Shown here one piece after another: positions 58,898-64,000 of a stretch of 64,000 nt of DNA. The DNA comes from Candidatus Aphodoplasma sp. (GTDB taxonomy: Bacteria > Bacillota > Clostridia > UBA1381 > UMGS1253): contig JAZQIM010000020.1 of the NCBI GenBank assembly GCA_045541115.1, positions 77,203 to 141,202 on the forward strand. Direction: 5' to 3'. The notes under the pieces were generated by a model that saw nothing but the letters and a program-made list of their open reading frames with translations, was not told where the DNA came from and searched no databases. Both the position numbers and the translations under genes were made by a program. Numbering within the stretch: position 1 is the first letter of the stretch; each line of letters opens with the position of its first letter.

Positions 58898-60103
58898 ATG
58901 ATTAACATAGCGATTCTGGGTTACGGCACGGTAGGCTCGGGAGTGTATGAAATAGCGTGTACAAATGCAAAAAGCATTAAACGTAAGGCGGGCAAGCAGA
59001 TTGTCGTAAAACGAATTCTTGACTTGCGCGATTTTGATGATCATCCGCAAAAGGAGCTTTTCACAAAGAATTTCGATGATATACTAAATGATTCTGATAT
59101 AGAAATTGTTGTTGAAGCAATTGGCGGACTTGAGCCGGCATATCGCTTTACAAAATCTGCACTTCTCGCAGGAAAGAGCGTTGTCACAAGCAATAAAGAG
59201 CTCGTTGCAGCTCACGGAACAGAGCTTTTAAAAATTGCACGCGAAAAGAACGTAAACTATCTTTTCGAGGCGAGTGTGGGCGGAGGAATTCCGATTATAA
59301 GACCGCTTAACAGTTGCCTTGCAGCAAATGAAATCACCGAGATATTCGGTATACTAAACGGCACAACGAACTATATTTTAACGAAGATGATAAAAGATGG
59401 CATAAGCTTTGAAAAGGCACTTTCGCAGGCACAGGAAAAAGGATATGCCGAGAGAAATCCGGAGGCCGATGTTGAAGGATATGATGCATGCAGAAAGATA
59501 TGTATTCTTGCATCGCTTGCCTTTGGCAAGTCTGTTGATTCATCAAAAATATATACAGAAGGCATAAGCGCGATTACATTAGATGATGTAAAAGTGGCAG
59601 AGAGCCTTGGATATGTAATCAAGCTGATTGGATATACGAAGAGCGCTGACGGCAAGGTAATGTGTCGTGTGTCGCCGATGCTTATACCAAACGATAATCC
59701 ACTTTCAAGTGTTGAGGATGTATTTAATGCGATAATGGTGCGTGGCAACCAGGTAGGCGATGTAATGTTCTACGGTAGAGGCGCCGGAAAGCTTCCGACA
59801 GCGAGCGCAGTAGTTGCAGATGTAATCGATATAATAAAAGGTCATGACAATAAGAATTATATATGGGAAGAATGCGGCGATGATTACATCGACGATTACA
59901 AAAAAGCAAATATATCATTATTTATAAGAATAAATGGTGTCGACGATGCCGAAATAAAGGCAGTGTTCGGCGAAGATACGCAGATTATTTACGGAAAGCA
60001 GCTATGCTTTATTACGCCGGCTGATAAAGAGAAAAACCTTGACGAAAAGCTTTTATCTGTTGGCGGCGAGGTTGTAAGCAAAATAAGAGTTATGCAGGAC
60101 TGA
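58898..60103 (+). CDS. hom: Homoserine dehydrogenase
   Basis: 401 aa with NAD motif ILGYGTVGSG, catalytic-domain segment ...GILNGTTNYILT..., and a C-terminal ACT-like region. Confidence 0.94.
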   Translation: MINIAILGYGTVGSGVYEIACTNAKSIKRKAGKQIVVKRILDLRDFDDHPQKELFTKNFDDILNDSDIEIVVEAIGGLEPAYRFTKSALLAGKSVVTSNKELVAAHGTELLKIAREKNVNYLFEASVGGGIPIIRPLNSCLAANEITEIFGILNGTTNYILTKMIKDGISFEKALSQAQEKGYAERNPEADVEGYDACRKICILASLAFGKSVDSSKIYTEGISAITLDDVKVAESLGYVIKLIGYTKSADGKVMCRVSPMLIPNDNPLSSVEDVFNAIMVRGNQVGDVMFYGRGAGKLPTASAVVADVIDIIKGHDNKNYIWEECGDDYIDDYKKANISLFIRINGVDDAEIKAVFGEDTQIIYGKQLCFITPADKEKNLDEKLLSVGGEVVSKIRVMQD

Positions 60104-60164
60104 CACATAGAATGTCGGCATAATATATATAATGTAGAATGGGTAATTTAAGGAGGTCATAATT

Positions 60165-61376
60165 GTGGGATTAGTCGTACAAAAATTCGGCGGAAGCTCC
60201 GTGGCAAATGCCGAAAGAGTTTTTAATGTTGCGCGTACTATCACGGATACATATAAGGCGGGCAATGATGTTGTTGTCGTTGTGTCGGCGCAGGGCGATA
60301 CGACGGACGAACTTATTGAAAAGGCGAAGGAGATAAATAAAAAGCCTTCAAAACGTGAGATGGATATGCTTCTTGCAACAGGCGAGCAGATTTCAATTTC
60401 GCTTCTTGCTATGGCAATTGAGTCACTCGGTTTTCCGGTAATATCACTTACCGGCTGGCAGGTAGGAATGAAAACAAATTCAAACTACGGCAGTGCAAGA
60501 ATATCAAAGGTAGACACTGCAAGACTTCGCGCAGAGCTTGACAAAAACCATATTGTTATCGTGGCAGGCTTTCAGGGAATAAATAAATACGATGACATAA
60601 CCACTCTTGGACGCGGCGGTTCAGATACATCGGCGGTTGCATTGGCAGCAGCGCTTCATGCAGATGTTTGTGAGATATATACAGACGTTGACGGCGTATA
60701 TACGGCAGACCCGCGTATCGTAAAAGATGCAGCGAAAATCAACGAGATTTCGTATGATGAGATGTTAGAGCTTGCATCGCTTGGTGCAAATGTTTTAAAT
60801 AACCGTTCGGTTGAGATGGCTAAAAAATTTAATGTAAAACTGATGGTACTTTCAAGTCTTAAAAAGGTTAAAGGAACGATTGTTAAGGAGGTAAACGACG
60901 TGGAAAAAATGTTGGTGCGTGGCGTAACACGTGATAATGATACTGCAAGAATTTCTCTTATTGAGGTGGAGGATACTCCGGGAAAGGCATTTACCGTTTT
61001 CTCGCTTTTGGCAAAGCACAATATAAATGTTGATTTGATTATACAGTCAATCGGCAGAAATAACACAAAGGATATAAGTTTTACTGTTGCATCGTCACAT
61101 CTTGATGAGGCGCTTGGATACATAAAGGAGAATAACGAAGTTATCGGAGCTCGTGATATCCAGTGGAATGACGACGTGTCAAAGGTATCAATCGTTGGCG
61201 CCGGCATGGTTACAAATCCGGGTGTTGCATCGAAGATGTTTGAGGCTCTTTATAAGTCAAACATAAACATTCACATGATTGCTACAAGCGAGATTAAAGT
61301 ATCTGTACTTATTGACCGCAAGGATGCAGAGCGTGCAGTTGTTGCAATCCATGATGAGTTTGGAATGGCAGACTAA
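60165..61376 (+). CDS. Aspartate kinase
   Basis: 403 aa: VQKFGGSSV..., ...TLGRGGSDTSA..., and tandem C-terminal ACT domains. GTG start after AGGAGGT. Confidence 0.94.
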   Translation: MGLVVQKFGGSSVANAERVFNVARTITDTYKAGNDVVVVVSAQGDTTDELIEKAKEINKKPSKREMDMLLATGEQISISLLAMAIESLGFPVISLTGWQVGMKTNSNYGSARISKVDTARLRAELDKNHIVIVAGFQGINKYDDITTLGRGGSDTSAVALAAALHADVCEIYTDVDGVYTADPRIVKDAAKINEISYDEMLELASLGANVLNNRSVEMAKKFNVKLMVLSSLKKVKGTIVKEVNDVEKMLVRGVTRDNDTARISLIEVEDTPGKAFTVFSLLAKHNINVDLIIQSIGRNNTKDISFTVASSHLDEALGYIKENNEVIGARDIQWNDDVSKVSIVGAGMVTNPGVASKMFEALYKSNINIHMIATSEIKVSVLIDRKDAERAVVAIHDEFGMAD

Positions 61377-61403
61377 TAGTATATCACTTTTGGAGAAGAT
61401 TTG

Positions 61404-62162
61404 ATGAACAAAAATTCTATAGAAGAGCGCGAGGATATTTTAGAAGGCAGAAACCCTGTTTTTGAGGCACTCAAAAGCGGACGACAGATTGACAAGATTT
61501 TGATTGCAAAATCTGATAATAAAGGCTCAATCACGCGTATCATTGCGCTCGCAAAGGAAAAAAGAATACTGATAAGTGAAGTTGAGCGTTCAAAGCTAGA
61601 TGCAATAAGCCAGACAGGCGCACATCAGGGAATAATAGCGTATGTCGCTGCTGCTACATATGTGAGCGTGCAGGATATTATAGATTATGCACATGAGTGT
61701 AACGAGCCACCGTTTATAATTATATGCGACTCACTAAACGATTCGCATAACCTTGGTTCGATTATCCGTACGGCGCATTGCTGCGGCGCTCACGGCGTCA
61801 TTATTCCAAAGCACAGAAGCGTCGGCTTGACGGCTGCTTGTGCGAAAGCATCAGCAGGTGCGGCTGAATATATGAAGGTCGCAAAGGTTACGAATCTGTC
61901 TCGCTGCATCGACGATTTAAAAAAAGCGGGATTGTGGATTTGCGGCACAGATGCCGACGGCGAAAACGATATATACAGCGCCGACCTTTCGGGACCGATT
62001 GGAGTAGTAATTGGTTCGGAAGGCGAGGGCATGAGCAGGCTTGTAAAGGAAAGCTGTGATTTTCTTGTAAGAATTCCTATGAAGGGAAAAATAAACAGCC
62101 TAAATGCTTCTGTAGCGGCGGGCGTGCTTATGTATGAGGTTGTACGAAGAAGAAGTAACTAA
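61404..62162 (+). CDS. rlmB: 23S rRNA (guanosine2251-2'-O)-methyltransferase RlmB (SpoU/TrmH family)
   Basis: SpoU substrate-binding N-terminal part and SPOUT motifs (...NLGSIIRTA..., ...IGSEGEGMS..., ...SLNASVAAG...). Confidence 0.85.
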   Translation: MNKNSIEEREDILEGRNPVFEALKSGRQIDKILIAKSDNKGSITRIIALAKEKRILISEVERSKLDAISQTGAHQGIIAYVAAATYVSVQDIIDYAHECNEPPFIIICDSLNDSHNLGSIIRTAHCCGAHGVIIPKHRSVGLTAACAKASAGAAEYMKVAKVTNLSRCIDDLKKAGLWICGTDADGENDIYSADLSGPIGVVIGSEGEGMSRLVKESCDFLVRIPMKGKINSLNASVAAGVLMYEVVRRRSN

Positions 62163-62170
62163 TATAATAC

Positions 62171-62200
62171 AAAAAACAGAGCCAGTTGGCTCTGTTTTTA
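62171..62200. terminator. Bidirectional terminator between rlmB and the SCIFF maturase
   Basis: ACAGAGCC (62176-62183) / GGCTCTGT (62188-62195), flanked by an A-run and a T-run. Confidence 0.75.
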
Positions 62201-62209
62201 TATGCTCAT

Positions 62210-63583
62210 TTATTCTTCCTCACTAAGACATGCCGCAATAGCAAGCGCACATTCTACGCGCTTTCTTTCCATATCGCATGCGAGCTTGTAGGGTTTGTTA
62301 ATGTCTTTGTTGAAGTTATATGCATTTGCAGGACAACCCCCCGAGCAATAAAACTTTGCAAAGCATTCACTGCACGCGTCTTTCGTATATACATTTGAGC
62401 GCATGAACATATTTTTAATATCTTCATCGAAGCTGCCGTCGAAAACACTTCCCATTTTAAATTTTTCGTTTCCGACGAACTGATGACACGGATAAATATC
62501 ACCATCAGGCGTTACGGCAACATATTCATGTCCGCTTCCGCAGCCCGACAGGCGCTTTATAACGCATGGACCTTGCGTAAGGTCAATCATGAAGTGGAAG
62601 AAGTTAAAGCCGCGTCCGTCTTTGCGCCTTTGAACATATTCTTTGGCAAGCTTTTCATATTCTTCGTATATTACGGGCAAATGCTCTTCACGAAGAGCAT
62701 AATCCTCTTCGTACGGCGCAACAACAGGCTCTACACTTGTCTGCTCAAAACCGAGGTCTGCCAAATGAAGAACGTCTTTTGCAAAGTCGAGATTATACGC
62801 CGTAAAAGTGCCGCGCACATAGTAGTTATCCTGGTTTCTCGATTCGGCAATATCTTTAAATTTTGGGACTATCGAATCGTAGCTGCCACTTCCGTCAACG
62901 CGAACGCGCACTTTATCGTTTACTTCTTTTGTGCCGTCTATACTAAGAACTATATTTGACATATTTTCATTTATGTACTTCTTTTTGTCTTCAGTAAGCA
63001 AAAGACCGTTTGTTGTAATCGTAAAGCGGAAATTCTTGCCGTGTATCTCGCCTTGCTCTTTTGCATATTCCGTAATCTCTTTTACAACCTCAAAATTCAT
63101 CAGCGGCTCTCCGCCAAAGTAGTCAATTTCGATGTTTTTACGTGAGCCTGAGTTTTCTATTACGAAATCAATAGCCTTTTTGCCGACTTCAGCACTCATC
63201 ATGGAGCGATTATGATGAAAGCTTCCTGTATCGGCAAAGCAGTATTTACATCTTAAGTTGCAGTCATGTGCAATATGCAAACACATCGCCTTTACGACAG
63301 AGCGCTTGTCGAGCCTTTTTGCATACTCTTCGTATATGTCGTTTGTATATAAAAGCTCGTTGTCATAAAGAGAGCATATCTCGCCATATGCATCGCGGAT
63401 TTGCTCATCGCTGTATTTATCTGAGAGAGCATCTATAAGTGATTGCGGACATGAGTCTTCTCTCTTAAAATTTTGAGCAAAATATGCTACAACATCATAT
63501 GCGACATCGTCTAACACATGAACTGCTCCGCTATATACGTCAAGCACAATATTTTTATCTAGTAATTTATAATAATGTATCAC
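62210..63583 (-). CDS. SCIFF radical SAM maturase (thioether-forming, SPASM domain)
   Basis: 457 aa with CNLRCKYCF (CxxxCxxC) and C-terminal SPASM Cys clusters (...CSECFAKFYCSGGCPANA...). GTG start 6 nt after GAGGA. Directly downstream of a SCIFF precursor. Confidence 0.88.
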   Translation of the reverse strand: MIHYYKLLDKNIVLDVYSGAVHVLDDVAYDVVAYFAQNFKREDSCPQSLIDALSDKYSDEQIRDAYGEICSLYDNELLYTNDIYEEYAKRLDKRSVVKAMCLHIAHDCNLRCKYCFADTGSFHHNRSMMSAEVGKKAIDFVIENSGSRKNIEIDYFGGEPLMNFEVVKEITEYAKEQGEIHGKNFRFTITTNGLLLTEDKKKYINENMSNIVLSIDGTKEVNDKVRVRVDGSGSYDSIVPKFKDIAESRNQDNYYVRGTFTAYNLDFAKDVLHLADLGFEQTSVEPVVAPYEEDYALREEHLPVIYEEYEKLAKEYVQRRKDGRGFNFFHFMIDLTQGPCVIKRLSGCGSGHEYVAVTPDGDIYPCHQFVGNEKFKMGSVFDGSFDEDIKNMFMRSNVYTKDACSECFAKFYCSGGCPANAYNFNKDINKPYKLACDMERKRVECALAIAACLSEEE

Positions 63584-63607
63584 ATCAATTCCTCAATTCC
63601 CAAAAGA

Positions 63608-63644
63608 TAAAATAAAAATAAAGGGACACATTAAGTGCCCCTTT
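63608..63644 (-). terminator. Terminator/attenuator hairpin between the SCIFF precursor and its maturase
   Basis: Minus-strand RNA AAAGGGGCAC-loop-GUGUCCCUUU (10 bp including one G-U; 63620-63644), followed by AUUUUUAUUUUA. Confidence 0.55.
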
Positions 63645-63654
63645 AAGCAAACAC

Positions 63655-63801
63655 TATTTTGAAAGTCTTTCGCACTTCTGGTTTGCAACTGTGCACGAAG
63701 TTTTGCAAGCTGACTGACATGATGTCTGGCACTCGCCACAACCGCCTTTAGCTGCAGATGATTTTAATGTTGCTTTGTTAAGTGTTGTAATATGTTTCAT
63801 A
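63655..63801 (-). CDS. SCIFF (six-cysteines-in-forty-five) ribosomal peptide precursor
   Basis: 48 aa: MKHITTLNKATLKSSAAKGGCGECQTSCQSACKTSCTVANQKCERLSK. Six Cys in the canonical GGCGECQTSCQSACKTSCTV core. SD AGGAGG upstream. Below the ORF-track cutoff. Confidence 0.9.
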
Positions 63802-63871
63802 TCAAAGAACCTCCTATAAATATAAATTGCTATAATTATTATATAAGATATAATATACGCTTGTCAAGCAT

Positions 63872-64000
63872 TTATGCATTTTTGCGATCAAGTAAGCTCT
63901 TTGCACGTTTTTCGATATATGAGGCACTTACTTCGTACTCATCGAGCAAGTGTGCCGGTTTTCCGGAAGCACCGAATTTATCTTGTATTCCAACTACATC
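63872..64000 (-). CDS. C-terminal end of a transketolase-family (C-terminal subunit-like) protein; 5' part outside the window
   Basis: Minus-strand frame reads ...DVVGIQDKFGASGKPAHLLDEYEVSASYIEKRAKSLLDRKNA*. The [FG]-G-x-SG-K-P...LL..Y motif is typical of transketolase/DXS C-termini. Confidence 0.5.
   Translation of the reverse strand, partial: DVVGIQDKFGASGKPAHLLDEYEVSASYIEKRAKSLLDRKNA

Overview
The window looks like a chromosomal segment from an anaerobic Firmicute, probably class Clostridia. Supporting signs are the map-KOW-infA order, HemZ, a split MetH, a SCIFF peptide with its maturase, and nrdDG. Most of it is conserved housekeeping DNA. The core is a complete S10-spc-alpha ribosomal protein supercluster (rpsJ to rplQ, 14.7-30.7 kb), preceded by rpsT. 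Flanking genes are lysS, rex, hemZ, relA/spoT, recJ, a PBP1A, trxB, metF/metH, nrdDG, mltG-trmR-U32, noc-rsmG-folD-ygiQ, uppP, hom-ask and rlmB.

Three short stretches look accessory and visibly more A+T-rich.
- 1-2.9 kb: the right end of a putative integrated element abutting lysS. It holds a DUF4411-like fragment, a Zn-ribbon plus sigma-70 operon behind a consensus promoter and a long structured leader, and an orphan 337-aa protein.
- 42.7-45.9 kb: an islet next to tRNA-Ser. It holds a decayed toxin-like gene (one nonsense codon plus two A-run frameshifts), two intact small secreted or membrane proteins, and a lipoprotein nuclease.
- 62.2-63.8 kb: the SCIFF precursor and its radical-SAM maturase. 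The 48-aa precursor is missing from the ORF track.

I found no clear multi-gene novel system. The least explained signals are non-coding. One is a roughly 290-nt closed structured RNA between a strong promoter and rpsJ. The others are structured spacers ahead of rpsM and rpsD, and the leader of the Zn-ribbon/sigma operon. I saw no CRISPR array, rRNA, transposase or integrase. All family assignments come from reading motifs by eye; no searches were run.
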